Source: Fonticula alba ATCC 38817
Lineage: Eukaryota > Protista > Nucleariida
Reading direction: 5' to 3' (one strand)
NCBI GenBank assembly: GCA_000388065.2
Contig: KB932204.1
DNA length: 64,000 bases
This document shows positions 33,501 through 47,666 of the stretch, piece after piece. Position 1 is the first letter of the stretch; every line of letters begins with the position of its first letter. The notes beneath the pieces are model-generated. The model saw only the letters and a program-made list of their open reading frames with translations. It searched no databases and was not told the origin of the DNA. Position numbers and translations under genes: made by a program.

Positions 33501-36500
33501 GGCCGCCGCCTCGACCGCTTCGTCGATCACCGCGGAAATTGCCCTCCGTCAGCGTCTGCTCGATGTGTTTGGCAATTTCAAGGAGTGCTTCGCCATGGCG
33601 CGCGATGAGGCCGCCCGCCAGGAGGAGGCCGAGGAGGCGGGCCCTGGCGGGCAGCAGGCCGGCCATGTCGGCGGCTCCGGCGCCGATGCATCCGGCCCCG
33701 CCAATACGGCTCGGCAATCGACGCAGGATCTGCGCTTGACCCTGGAGCGTCGGCGGACCGCCGCCCGCAAGCGTCGTGCCCTGGCAGCCCTGGTGGAAAT
33801 GGGTGTCATTGCCGGGCCCGGCCCCGGCGGCCCTGGCGCCGCCACCGGGGACACTGACGCGGCGGCCGGGCCCGGCACAGATGCCGCCCCCTCGCGACAC
33901 CCATCGCTGGCCCTCTGGGCGCGACTGGGGTTTGTCATTCCCGACGCCGATCCCAGCCCGGCGGATGTTCTTTTGAGCTGGCGTTCACCGGCCGAAATGG
34001 TGCCTCCCCCCCCCCCCCCCCTCTCCGGTCGGGGAGCGTTCTCGCCTCTTTTCTCTCTCTCTCTCTCCCTCTCGCGCACACGCCTGGCTCACACCTGCCT
34101 TTGCTCGTTTCGATTCCCGGGCCGCCCCTTCACCCAGGTGGATTCGGTCCTACGCGAGGTGGCCGCCCCGGCCGGCTTGGTGTCGGCGCCTGCCTCGCTG
34201 GATGGTCTCGGCACTGGGGGCCGGTATCTTGGCTCGGCTCTGATGAACCTCTACCTGGCCTGGACCCTGGAGGTGACACCGGTGTTTGTGGACATCCCGG
34301 CCTTCGGGTTGGGGCCCGACACGTCGAGCCCCCTCTGCCTGCCGCTTCCTGGTGGCGCATGCCCAAGCGAGCTGCCCCGTCTCCCGACGGTGGATGTCCT
34401 TGAGCGCGCCGAGGTGCGCCACTTCCCGCCCCTCGCTCGGGGTCTTGCCTCCTGCCCTCCTGCCGCCTCCCTGTACTGATGTTTGCTCTTTGGCGCCCCC
34501 CCCCCCCCCCCCCCACAGGTCCACGCCCTGATGTATGAGCTGTGTCTCTTCTATGGGGATTACGACAACCCGGTGGCCTGCTCGCCGGCCGTGCTGCTGG
34601 TGCTGCTCGCGCGGCTGGACGCCCGGCTGTTGGCACTGCTGTCCCATGCGGAGACAGCGCTCCTCAGCATGCCGAGTGCCGATGCCGCGCGGGGCTCCCT
34701 GCGCCGGCGTCTGGCCCACCTGCAAGTCCGGTACCTGTGGTTTGCGGCGCATCGGCTCCATTGGACCGGGCGCCCGACCGCCGACACCGGAGCCACCTTG
34801 GACGTGGTCAATGGGATCCTGGCCTCCGGCGGGCCGGATGTCCAGCAGCGCCTGCGCCGGCTGGCGTCCGACCAGGCGGCCGGGCATTTGGAAGCCTGTG
34901 CCGAAGTGCTGGCCGAATTGGCCAGCGACGACTCGATGGCCGGGCCATCCGGCCGAGCGCTTTCCCCCCCGGCGCCGGTGTGCGTGCCGCTCATGCACCA
35001 TCCCCGACTGGATGTCATCTCGCTGGAAACCTGTGCCGAGCTGCCGGCCGAGCCGTGCCCCCGATGGCTGGATGTCAGCCAGGATGCCGATTCGCGGGCC
35101 TGCGCCCTGGCCGACGCGCCCGTCGTCTGTGGCTCGCCGGAGGCCCAGCCCGGCGGCAAGATCGCCGGCGACCCGTCGGCCGATGTCCCGGGCCCCCTGT
35201 CGCCCGATCGACATGTCCTGTCCCTGAGCACGCACTATGACCCGGAGCGCGCTCCGGCCCGGAGCCTGGCCACGACGGACTTCGCCACCCGTGTGGCCGG
35301 GGCCATTCTGTCGGCTCTCGAGGCGGCCAATGCCCTCTCCGGCCCCGAGTCCTCGGGCGCTCGGTCTTACACCTCCCTGCGGCTGGTATGTGCCCGGCAG
35401 CCGCCTTTTCCTGACTCCCTCTCTGGCGATACTCACGCTCTTCCTTTGTCCCCCCCCCCCCCCCCCCTCCAGCTGGAGACCCGACTGGGCCATGTGTTGG
35501 ATCGACTTCGCGAGTGCCCGGCCACCGGCGCTCTGGCCATGCCTCCGCCGGCCTCCTCGGTGCACATTGGCCTTGTCCCCTTCGAGGTGTATGGGCAGTT
35601 GGATTCCACCGCTCGGGCATCCTACCTGCAGCTGCTCCTGGCACTGGCTCGCATTGACACGTCAACGCGGCTGTTGGGGCCGTTCTCGGTGCGTTGCGCC
35701 CTTTCTCGCCGGCGCGCTTGGTCCGGGTCCCTGGGCCATTCGCCCGGCTGGCCTTCCCTTCGGCTTCCTTCCGATGACTGTGACCGGGGCAACTCACATG
35801 CACACCTCTCCCCCCGCCCCCCTCCCTCTTGGTCTGCCTCTCGAAATAGGGACTCGTTTGCGCCACCTGGGAGCTGCTGGAGCATCTGGTCTCCTGCACG
35901 GAGCCCCTGGCCCCGGCGCCGGACACCCTGGACTCGCAGGGGCTCATTTCCTTCTCCTCGGTCTCGGCATCGCAAACGGCCGCCGCCTTGTCTGCCTCCC
36001 TGAAGGGCAGCGCCGGGGCCGGGGGCATCGGGCCTGGCGGCGCGCGGCGTGTTGGTGGCCGGCTGTTGGCCGCGGCCGCGGCCGCCTCCTCCGCGGCCAC
36101 CTCGCGCAGTCCCGAGCTGGACCCGGACGAGGTGGACCTCTCGCTGTCATCCTGGCGCCTGGCGGACTTGTGCCATGCGTTGCGGCACACGCGCGAGTGG
36201 TGCTCGCGCGATGTCGGTCGTCTGGCGCACCTGGCTGCTCGGTCGTTGGTGGCTTACTGCCTGGGGCAGCTGGTCCCCGGGCCCGACCGGCGGGGGTTCT
36301 CCTGTGCCACGGAGGCCGCTCGCATGGCGGCCACCGCCGTCGAGGAGTATCTCACGGCCGGTGGCTCGCGCCAGCCACTGTCCGACTCGGCGGTCAGCCG
36401 GTACCTCCTGTTCCAGGCGGTGGGCCCCCTGTCGCGCGACAGCTCGCCCAGCATTGCGGCCGATGACTTTGACCTGCTGATGAAGTGCCTCTCGCAGGCG

Positions 36501-36683
36501 GAGCAGGCCCATGACAATCTGACTTCGGTGTGGTCCTCGCCCGAGGCCGCCGCCAGCCAGGGCCTTCACCCCCTGGACTGGCCTGGCCGGTCGGTCCCCT
36601 GGTCCATCCCCCTGTCCTCCATCGAGCTTTTCCTCGGGTGCGTTGGGGACATGCTCTCCCGGCTCGTCGCTGCCACTTCGTTG

Positions 36684-36725
<42 letters not shown>

Positions 36726-39700
36726 ACCGCCATCCTCCCTGCTCGTGACGCCCCCCCCCCCCTTGACAGTGCCATCGGCTCCAACATCAGCTGCTCCAAG
36801 TCGCGGCCCACTCGCCGGGACCTGCTTGGGCTGGTGCAATTCGATGTATCCCAGCATGCGCACCTGCTCCGGCCCGTGGCGCACTTCCTTCAAACCGATC
36901 CGCTCCCGGCGTTCCTCCAGCCACATGGCGGCACTGGGTCCCCCCCGGCCGGGGAGCCCTCCGCCTCGGGCCCCTGGCTCGGGCTCACGGGCGAGGGTGA
37001 TCTCATTCCCCGCCACCCGGCGGCCTTCGACTGGGACGGCGAGTCGACCGATCCCCCGGCCGCCGGTCCCAGCCCGCATGATGAGGCCCTCGGCTCGTCC
37101 ATGCACAACTCCCAGTCCAACATCGGGCTTGGGGTGGCTCGCCTGCCGCTGGTGGCCTTGCTTGGCGGCCCGGAGGCCGCGCGGCACATTCGCCGGGATC
37201 GGTCTCTCCTGCTGTCGTACCCTTGTGCGTGAGGCCTTTTTTTTCCTCCCCCCCCCCCCCCCGTCCCTTTGGCCTTCTTCTGCGAGTTTTGCCTTCGCTC
37301 GTCGCCTTTTCCCCGCGCTCCTCTCGCTTGTCCTTGCCCCCGGCGTCTCTTGCCTTTCTCCCGGCTGTGCCTCTGCACATGGAGGACCCCCCCTCCACTG
37401 GCTTTCCTCCCGACAATGCCACGAATGGCCCTGCTCTAACCCGGCCCCTCGCCTCGCCGGCTTCCTTGGCAGACCTTCTTCTACATTGGATTCACTGGAA
37501 GCTTTCCGTGCCTCAGACAAAGCTCCGCGTCAATCCGCCGATCTTTGCCTGCGATCCGGACCGGACGTCCGCTCGTTGGCGGCCATTGGCCATCCTCGGC
37601 CCGGGGGCCACGCGTTTGGCCGAAGCCGCGGGCATTCGCCTGGGCCTGGCGCCGGATGGCTACTCGGCCGCCGATGAGCTGGTGACTCTGCTTCACAGCC
37701 GCCAGGCGGCCGGGGCCCCGCCGGCGGACTATACCTCCGTCCAGGCGCTGGTTGCAAGCATGCTCGGCGTGCGACCGCGCGCGGTCCCCGCCACGGGCCC
37801 AGCCTCGACCGCCGGCTCGACGCCCCTGGATGCCGGGCTTTCGACGCCAGTCAAGGCCGGGCATTCGGGCCCCGGCCAGGGGGTCGCCTCGCCCGGGCGC
37901 GCCGTGCCCCGGGGTGGCCCCTCGCCATCTCCCTCGCGGCCGACGCGCATTCTGGCCCTCGGGTCGGCGGCTGTGGCCGGGGTGGCCCTTTCCCCGCGGA
38001 GCCGGACACTGGACCTCGTCCGAGATGCGGCCGGGGCCGCCCCCTCTGCCGGGGCCGATGACGAGGCCGACGAGGCCGAGGATAATGCCGACCCGGAGCA
38101 CGATTCGTCCGACGAATCCGAGGAGTCCGACTCCGAAGAGGACGACCCCTCGATCGACTATTGGGTGCGTGGCCTGTGGTCCTGCCCGGCTGCATGCAGC
38201 CGGGCAGGGCAGGGCAGCGCCAGCCTGTGCAGTCTTTTTTTCGCCTGGGCCACCACTGTTCCGCTTCTCCCTTCTGTCGTCGGCTCCTCCTCACCCCCCT
38301 CTCTCTCCCCCCNNNNNNNNNNCTCGCCTGCCTCCAGTCCCTGATTGCCTTGGCGCTGATGGCGCCGGTGCGGCCGGTGCACCTGTCGGGCGTGGTTGAC
38401 GCCAGCCTTCAGGCCTTGAAGCTGGAGCTGGCGGCGTGGATCTCGCGCGAGACCCTGCAAGTGGCACGGACCCGGCTGCATGACGCGGACCGGGGGTCGA
38501 TCATGCGCCTGTCGCTGGCCGGCTGCACCCGGCTCATGGTGGCGGTCGTTGTGCGCACCGGATTGCACTTTTGGTGCGAGGCGCGTGGGTTCCTGGCGAG
38601 CCTCGCGCCGGCGAGCGCCGATGGAGCGGCGGCCCCCGCCAAGCGGCATCCCCCCCTGCCTCTTGTGGTCCATTCGTCCTTCACCGACAGCGTGGTGCAT
38701 TCGCGGGCGGATTTGATCCGGTTCGCCGCGCAGGCGGTGGCCCTGTGCACCCGGTCGCCGATGGCCAGGTCCATCAATTCCGGCCATGTGCCGCAATTGA
38801 CGACCCTCCTGCCGCCGCCGAGCCCCGGGCAGGCCAGCACACCGACCGCCGGCCCGGATGCCCCGACCATCATGGACAGCCCGGACCCGGGGCCCGGTGT
38901 CCAGCCAAACTGGCGCCGCCAGACCCTGGCCCTGGCGTCTTGGCTGCTGGACCGGGTGTCCGTTCGCCCGGAGGACTACACCGTGCGCACGTTGCGCCTG
39001 CGATTGGCTGACAAGCTGGCCAACCGCAACCAGCTTTTGGTGTGTGCCGTTGTCTCTTTCCCTCTTCTCCCCCTCTTTCTCTTTCTCTTTCTCTCTCTCT
39101 CTCTCTCTTCCTTTCGCTCTCTCCCCCTCTCCCCCCGCCTCTCTTTTGCCTTGCCCTTTGCCTCCCTTCGTTTCCCCTTCACGACACCATGCGCCTGGTC
39201 CTTCTGCCTGAATCTAACGCCGCATGCTTGCCACCTTGGCCGCTCTTTCACGGGTGTCTCCCCTTCACCAGGCCGTCTGCAACATGTATCTCACCGAATG
39301 GGACTCGACGTCGTCGACAGCCGCCCCGTCAAGTGGGCCTCCAGCCTCCGACCCCCAGCCCGAGTGTGAGCCCGGCACTTCGCCCGTGGCGGCCCTTGAC
39401 CGGAGCCGCCTCAGCATGTACCGCCTTGGACTGCTCAATCGCCTGTTGAAGATGCTCGTTTGCCTGGTGGACTCCATGGGGGCCTCGCAAATTGCCATGG
39501 TCAACACCATGCAGGTCATCGTGGAGGAGGGGGATCCCACCGCCGAGCAGTCCGCCGCCCCCGTCATTCCCACGACCCTGGAGGAGGCGCAGGGCGTTTT
39601 CCTGCCCGCCGAGGCGGCGCCGCATGTGTGCCATCCGGCGCTCTTCCGTGCGCGCTTCCTGGTGCCGACCGATTTCGACCTGGCCACTCTCTTCGCCGTG

Positions 39701-41434
39701 CGTTGTCCCGCTGCTGGGGCCCTCTTTGCCGTGACACTGCTGCCGGTTACTTACCGAACACCCGTTGCCTTGCCTTTCGGCCCTTCGCCCGCCCGGCCAC
39801 AGATCATCCGCGAGGTGGTCACCCGGATTGACATCTACCCTGGGGTCGAGGGTGGCTCGGCGCCGGCCACCCAAGACCTGCCGGTTCCCGGGAGCCTGGT
39901 CGACTGCTGTGATCTCCTGATCACCCTCCTGAAGACGCATCATGACCGCCTGGCGCGGCTCCCAGCGGCGCCGGGCGATGGCGGCCAGTCTGACACGGCC
40001 ATGGGCACCGATGCTGGCGCCTCGACCGGGGGCCCGGCCGACGCCGGTGCGCGGATCACCCTGCTGGCGACGGCCGGCGAGTCGAGCGCCAGCCAGGATC
40101 CCGGCTGCTGGACGGCCAACTTCGGCCAAGTGGTCCGGCTACAGGCGGACATCGCGCAATTGATGTTGCGCACATTGCTGGTCCGGGCCGCGGTCATCGA
40201 GGGCACCGGCATCGGGAGCTCGGCCGTGGCTCGCCGGGACCGAGCCCTGGCGGTGGCCCTGGCCGATGGTCTTTTCACGGCCAAGTCCAGCCGGCATCGG
40301 GCCTTCTCCCGGGTGCTGTCCAGCCTGGTGGACGAGCAGCAGTCCCAGGACCCGGGCCAGTCGTCAAACCCGTCGGCCAGCCAGCAGGATGCCAATCAAG
40401 CCGGGCCCCTGCTCCGGACCCTGCGCGCCTTCGATGGGGACCGTGCGTGGGAGCCCTTCGGGGCGTATTCCGCCCGGACGGAGCGCATGGCCTCGCGAGC
40501 ATTGGCCCTGGATGCGCTGGCTCCGTGCGTGTGCCCGCTGTCCGGGCTGCCGGAAATCCCCGGGCCCAATGTGGCCCTGTACGTGGTGCAGGAGCATGTC
40601 ATCCAGCGGGGCCGGTCGCGGCTCGAGCCGGCGGCTCACCCGATGGATGGCAGTCTGCCCGCGTACCAGCACCACCAGCTCCGATCCGCCGTCGGCCCCA
40701 CGCCCGGTGCCCCGGCCATGGGGCCCGCCTCGAAGTCCACCCAGCCGACGCTCATGCTGAGCCCCAGCTGCGATGGGCATTGTCGACTGCGGGCATTGGG
40801 CCGGGCGCTTGGTGCCCTGCGGGACTTCGCCCGGGGCCCCTGGGACACGGCCGATTCCGGCAGCCTGGCCATTGGGGATGGCCTGCGGGCGGTCATGGTG
40901 CTGCTGTATGGCCGGCCGGCCGTGCGTGACGAGTTTGCCGCCAGCGCCGGGGCCCAGTCTCGCGGGGTGTTGGGCCAGCAGCTGCGCGCGCGTCTCAGCC
41001 GCCTCCGCCTGCTGGGCAAGCTGGCCTTCGAATTGGCCCCCTCCGACACCGGGCCCATGCTAGACCCTGCCGGCTTGCGGGTGGTGCTCGCGCGCCTGGC
41101 TCAGGCGGCGACCGGCGCCGGGCAGCAGCGTCCACCGGGCCCCGGGCCCTGCCCGGTGTCCGCCGGGCCGCCCAGCGCCGAGGAGCTGCTGTCCCATGCG
41201 GGCGTCGGCCCCGGGCCCGGGACCATGGGCGGGAGCGGCGGGGATCTCCATGCGCCGCGGCTTCTGCCCTTGGCGTGGCTGTTCTCGCCACCGCCGCCGA
41301 CTCCGCGGTCGCCCCTGGCCGCCACCCGGGCGGCCATCTGCCGCCTGCTGATTGCCTGCCTCCGGGACCTGGCGCGCTTTGTCCACACCACGTCGCCGGT
41401 GCTCGGGCCGGCAGCAACTCCGGCAGCCACGACT

Positions 41435-41479
<45 letters not shown>

Positions 41480-42460
41480 ACGGCCGCGACATCCGCCGGT
41501 GCCGCCTCGACCGACGCAGCAATGGCCGACGCCCTCGATGGCGCCGGGGCGCTGGCCGATATGGTGGTGTCACCGGAAGCCACCTCGCCGGCGCTCGGGT
41601 CTTCATTGCCGGGCTCCTCGGGGGTGGCATCGCACCCTGGGTCGCCGGATCTCGCAGCCGAGATCGGCGCCGGCGGCCACTTCCCGGCACCCGACACCCC
41701 GGTGCCCGGGTCCACCACCGGCCCGACGGCCGCCGGCAGCCCGGCCGCCACGGTGGTGGATATCCTGTCACTCTCGCCCGGGGGCATCGGGTCGAGCACC
41801 GGCGGCCCCGGGCCGGGTGACGGCCCGACAACCCCCTCGCGCCGTGGCGCCGGTCTCATGGGCCCCGGGAGCCCGTCGGCCAGCCTGGGCCAAGTGCGTC
41901 TGCAGCGCGCGGCCGATGTCCTCCCGCCGGATCAATGTGTGGTGGCCATGTCGGTGGCGGCGCTGGTGCGCCGGTCGCAGGCCCCCCGATCGCGCCCCCC
42001 CCGGCGTAGCCTGCTGGTCCCGCCGTGCGCGCGAGCCCAGGAGGACCTGCGCAATGCCGGCTCCCGGCGTGTCAACCGCCAGCTTCTGGCTGTGCTCCAC
42101 TGGCTGGCTCTGGCGGCCGAGGATTATCTGGTGGAGGCAGCCGAGGCCGACGGCCTGGCCGGGGCCCTGCGCGCTCGGCGCCGGCCACCGACCGACTGGC
42201 TGACATATGACCTGCCGGCCACCATCGACCTGGAGGCCGGCCCGTCGTCGGATCCACTGACGGCAGCGACGGCGGCGGCGGGGTCGGCGGCGGCGGCGGC
42301 AGGGGCCGCCAGTGGCGATGCGGCGGCCATGGCTGCGGCGGCCATGGTTGCTTCGCGTCGCCGTCCTCGGCGCCCCATTCGGCGGAATCTGCCGAATCTG
42401 GTGGCCAGCTTCTCCGAGGCCGTCTTTGGCGCGGCCGCCGCGGGGCCTTCCCAGCAGTAG
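30350..42460 (+). CDS. CABIN1: CABIN1/Hir3-like TPR histone-chaperone (HIRA/HIR complex) subunit, multi-exon, spans a 10-nt gap
   Basis: N-terminus MAHFNAL resembles Hir3 (FNAL). The spliced segment LAAYLE|AATDNPTAPRIWARSGTLALRLGRLSLARAAFQRGL and later LLATLYALGD match the remembered Cabin1 TPR (YLEA..D..LW..IG..A..L...LAR.AFE.GL; L.TVLYTL.D). Plus-strand coding blocks are linked by GT..AG introns (e.g. 31247-31411, 36638-36769) through to TAG at 42458-42460. The single-gene model and full exon map are inferred. Confidence 0.65.
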
Positions 42461-42802
42461 GCGTCTGCGACTTGCGCTGTCATCGGCATCCCCCCCCCCC
42501 CCCCCCCCCTCGTCCTTGCTTTTGCCTCCTCTCCCTGATGGAGCGCCCCCGCCCCCTGGGGATTCTCCCCGCTCGTTTCCCCCTTTGTCCACACGTTTTT
42601 CTCCCCACCTCACCCTGCCCAATTCAATACGAAACTCATAGATGGCATGCGGGGAATATCCAGCAGCAAGGAGGGAACTTAAATGTTGGGGGCAAGGGGG
42701 GAATGGAAAAGGGGGGCGGACGATGTCACCGAAGAGACGCGGCAGTGGGCGTCCGTACATCCGGTGCCCGAGAGCAAGTGCCCCCCGGAGCAGGATCGCA
42801 AC

Positions 42803-45800
42803 TCAGGCGGGCGAGGATAAAAACAGGGCCCCGATGTGCATCGCCAACAGGCCGAGGGTCATCACGGCTGCAGTTGCTTCGAAGCCGGAGCTGCCGGCCC
42901 CGCCATCAAGCGACCGCAGGGCCTGATCCAATGACCGCCAGAACATCCAATAGCCCGCAACCAGCACAAGGGCCAGGATGCCCAGGAACCCCGGGTCGGC
43001 GAGTCGCTCATGACCAGCCGCACGGGCTCGCCGAAGGGCCGGCTCGATCCGGCGATGAAACCCATCCACAAGCACGCCGGTCAGGGCGGCGCACACGGTC
43101 GGCCCGGGCGACTGGTCTGGTTCGAGAGCCGGCCCAGACCAGCGAAGCCCCATCGGGCGTCGCCGTTGGACAATGGTCTGGCCATTTGGAGCGGTGTCCG
43201 TGCTGCTGCCGGTGGCGGTCGAACGCGACTCCCCCGGGGCAGCCGCCGAATTGGAGTCACGGGGGCGATTGGGGCCAGGCACGGAGTCCCGGCCAGGGGC
43301 CTCGGCAAAGCCGTGGGCCGAGTCCGAAGGAGCAGGCATGCTGCCTGCATGGTTGGAGGAGGCATCGGTGGCGCATGCCGGGACAGCACGGCACACCAGG
43401 CGCCGTGCTGTCCGCAGCCAGAGCAGCTCAAGAAGCAGCAGCAGCAGGATGGCCCCGGCCAGGAGCCCGGCAGCATGAACACCAGGGAGGGCTGTGTCCG
43501 GGCCCGACACCATGGCGGGATGCCCCCCCGGGCCGAGGGTCACCATGGCATCCAGAGCTCGAAGGTCCTGCTGAACGGCATCCCAATCCAGGGCTTTGAC
43601 CACACGCCGCAGGGAATCCGGGCGCCAGCCCTCCTGGGCCAAGTGACTTGGCGGAGTCGAGTGGAGCTGCGCAAGGAGGGCCTCCCCCGAGGCCGAGGGC
43701 CCGGAGAGCTCGGCCAATTCTCGACGCATATGGTCGATGACGTGCAGGGCCGAGGCCGAGCTGTGGATGGACGCCCGGCTGGCCAGGGCTGGAGGGGGAC
43801 GGGCTTCCATCAAGCGAACGAGACGCCGAGCGATGGAGGCCAACGGCGGGAAGTGCTGCTGGCGCATCAGCACCTGCAGGGCTTCCAGCTTCAACCCCAG
43901 GGCCGACTCCACCAGCGGCTCCACCGGGCGGAGAAGCTGCTGCAGGAGGGAGTGCGTGTGTCGAATGAAGGGGGACGAGTCGCGAGGGGGCGTCGACTTG
44001 AGAGGCGCGCCCGAGGCGTCGGCATTGAAGTCATGGCGAAGTGCCTGGGCAAGGTCCTCCAGCCGGTCAAGCACCAGCGCAAGGCGCTCCTTTGTCCCAT
44101 GGCGCGCGATCAGCAGCTCCGCCACCGCGGCGGCCAGCTGGTCCGCCTGCTGGAGAAGGTCCCGGCGTCCGAGGAGCAGGGCCTCCAGCGGGCGCTTCAG
44201 ATGGGCAGCCTGCTGGGCCACGGCCCGGGCACGCTGCTCAAGATCGACGTTGGCCGACACCAGCTGGTGATGCACGGCCAACAGCCGTGCCAAGCTCGCC
44301 AACAGCGGAGCAACCTGAGGCGCACAGAGCGCAAGGGGAGATGGGGGTCAGTGGCTGGGAGGCAGAGGCTGCCGAGGGACTTGCGCATTTGAGCGGGGCT
44401 CCTGTTTGTGGTGCTCCGCGGGTCGTCGATCTCGCGCGCGCGCGCACACACACACGCACATACACGCATATGGACGCATATGGACGCATATGGACGCATA
44501 TGGACGCATATGGACGCATATGGACGCATATGGACGCATATACCCAAACACGCACACATATGCACACATACAAACGCACACGGACACACAGACACACACA
44601 CACACTTTCACACTTTCACACTATCACACACACACACACACACGAGGGTCACGCACCAGGTAAAAGAGACCAAGGAATCCCATGTACGCTGCCAGACCGC
44701 CAGGATGGCCCAGTGAGGCTACCGAAACGACTCGAGCCCGGCGAATGCGCGGGTGATCCAGCGCCTGGGCAGTCGGCAAGGCGTGGGCCTCGGCCGAACG
44801 CGCGGGAGCCGGCCAACTGTGAAGGTGGCGCTTCGGCCGAGGGACACCGTCGGCGCCATCGGACTGTGGATGGCCATGGTCATGGATGACGGGCCCGGGC
44901 CCGGGCTCCTCGTCGATATCAGCCCCATGCCAGTCGGGGAGTTGATCAGCCGAGTCATCCTGCGACAGGTCGGTGGATCCGCGCACGCGGGCGACGGCTG
45001 CTGCCTCGGCCCGGGCAGCCTCCTCGGCCGACGGGGACCTGGCGAGGGGGCGGAGCTCGGCCCGGCGGCCGGCCTCGCCGCCGGCAGCGAAGTCCCGGCA
45101 GGCCGCCAGAGCCGGCTCAATCCACAAGCGCCGAGCCTCGGCCAGGGAGGGACGCTTTTCCGGCTGCAGGCGCAGGGTCGAGAACAACAGTGACAACAGG
45201 ACCAGGCCCGGCATTTCGGCCGTGGCGGCGGCAGCGCCAGCAGCACCCGTGGCCGCAGCGCCCGGGGCGATGGTGCTGTCGGCCGCACTGCTGGCGGACG
45301 CCTCCGGGTGGGCGGGCGCCGTCGGAACCAGGGGCAGGTACCCGGAGCCGGTGTCACCCTCCGGACCGAGACGGGCCGCATGCTCGGCGGAGAAACGGCC
45401 CAGCTCGGCGAAGTACGCACGCCGGGCGCCAGCCAGCCGGGCGATGACATCGGCCACGCGCTGGCGCCAGAGGGCCACCGGACACGCAGCCGGGCCGGCC
45501 CCGCAGGGGGACCACCCCGGGGGACATGGGGCCGAGCTGCCGGCCGCCGGGCCCGTGCGCCGGGCCCGGCCCAGAAGAAGCCCCGCATCCAGGGCATCGA
45601 GCGCCGGGTCCCGACGAGCAGCATCACACCCGGCACAGGCACCGGCTTCCAAGCCCCGGAGGATGCCCTCGGCCGAGGGAAGGCGCAGGAGGGCGTGCGA
45701 GTGTGCCAGCTCCGACTGGGCGAAGGCCAAAACCCCCTGGCCAAAGTGGGCATCCAGGGCGCCCGGCTCGGCGGCCGCCTTGGCCGCCAGGCTGGCGACA

Positions 45801-47615
45801 TCACCGCCACTGGCCCGGCCCCCGAGCAGGGGTGCCAAATCGTCGGCCTCGGCCAGGACCCGCATCAGCCCGGCCAGGGCCAGGCGCAAGGACAGCCGGT
45901 CGAGCACGCGCGGGGCCGGGGGGCTGCCCGGGGCCGGGTTCCCATCGAAGGGGAGCCCGCCAAAGAGCAGCCAGAAGAGCAACATGCCCAGCGACCAGAC
46001 GTCGGTGGCTGGCGAATGTTGCGGGCCAGACCCACCGGGCCCACTGGCCGTCGAGTCGGCATCGCGGACCAGCAATTCCGGGGCCAGGTAGTCCAGGGTC
46101 CCGACCAGCGGGACGGAATGCGTGGGAGAAGCGCCCGGCGAGTCGCCGGAGACCATGGCGGCCGGTGGGCCGGGGTCTGCCCGGGAGAGCAGCTCCGACA
46201 GGGGAGTCGCCTCGCCGAAATCCGACAGGAGGGCCGTCCTGGAAAATGGCAAAGGCAGGACAGAAGGGGCAGGGGCGTCAGTTCGAGAACAAGGGGGAAG
46301 CCCGGCAAGGGAGGAGACCGGGAGGTCTGACGCACAGCCCTCGCAGATCGCCGAGTCGGCGCACGCGCTCGGCCGGGGTCATTTGCAGGTGCGTCGCGAC
46401 GCTGGTGGCCGGGGCTGAGCATGCGCCGCGAGCCGGGGCCGTGCGCAGTTGCGACACCCCGCCCCCGCGCTCGGTGAGGAGGACATTGCTGGGCTTGACA
46501 TCGCAGTGCAGGACCCCGCTATAGTGCAGGTGCTCCAGGCCGGCGGCAATGTCGCCCAGGAGATGCCACACGGACGCCTCGCGCGGCAGGCGCACTCGAC
46601 GATCCGCCGGCAGGATCCCCGGGCCGAGGGCCGCGTGGACAGCCCGATCCAGGGCGTCGGCCAGCGAGTCGGCCTCGGCCTCGGAGAGACGGGCCGTCGT
46701 CGGGGGGCAGGCTGGCACGCTGGCCGGGCCTGGGGCCGAGCCCGCGGAGGCGGTGCCCGGCCCGCCCGCAGACGACGAGCCAGCGGCCGGGGCAGCGGCC
46801 GGGGTGGAGGCGCGGCGCTCGCGTGCCCGGCGCCGGCGCTCCTCGACCGCATCGGCCACGGTCGGCCGACGCTCCAGGAGCCGGTCCTCCAGAGAGCCAG
46901 CCTCGCAATATTGCATCAGGATGAAGAGGGTCGGCACGCCGGGGTCCTGGCCGGTGGCCGCCGGGGGGCCGCCGGGGCTTCGGCCGGTGGCCAGGGCACC
47001 CCCATGCCAGGGCTCCACCCAGGCATGCTTGTACTCCACGACATTGCGGTGCCGGCCCAGGTGCACCAGGGTCAGCACTTCGCGAAGGCGCGCGGACAGC
47101 AGCCGCTCGGCGGCCCCGGTGCCCCAGCCGAAGGGGGCCTGCTTGCAAGCGTACAGCCCCAGGCGGGCCGTATGCAGGCAATGCTCCACCAGGTGCACGG
47201 TCCCGGTGGCCCCGCTGCCAAGGCGGCCGTGCTCGCGGAAAAACTGCCGATAGTACCCGGGGATCATGGGCAGGAGAACCGGCGGGGGGATGGCCTCGGG
47301 GGGGACATCGGCAGGGGCCTCGGGCGAGGCGAGACGCATGAACAGCCGCCGGGTGCCGGTGGCCGTGGCCGCCAGCGGGCCGGCCGCCGAAGAGGTCAGC
47401 ATCAGCCGATGGGGCGGCGAGGGGAGGGCCGCACGAGGCCGGTGGTCGGGCCCGGCGTCCGGGACCCCGTGGAGGGATGCACGGCGCCCGAGCCGGGAAA
47501 CCGCCCCGCCATCGGGGCTGCCACTGAGCGAGCCACTGCGTGGCCGGACAACCAGCTGGCGACGATCGGCCGGCATTTGCCTGTCGACCGGGGGGGGGGG
47601 GGGGGGGGGGGGGGC

Positions 47616-47666
<51 letters not shown>

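Noticed and set aside
36638-36769. Poly-Leu (CTG)n run in the CABIN1-like ORF
   Set aside because: Lies between a GTGCGT donor and a TTGACAG acceptor, so it is most likely intronic.
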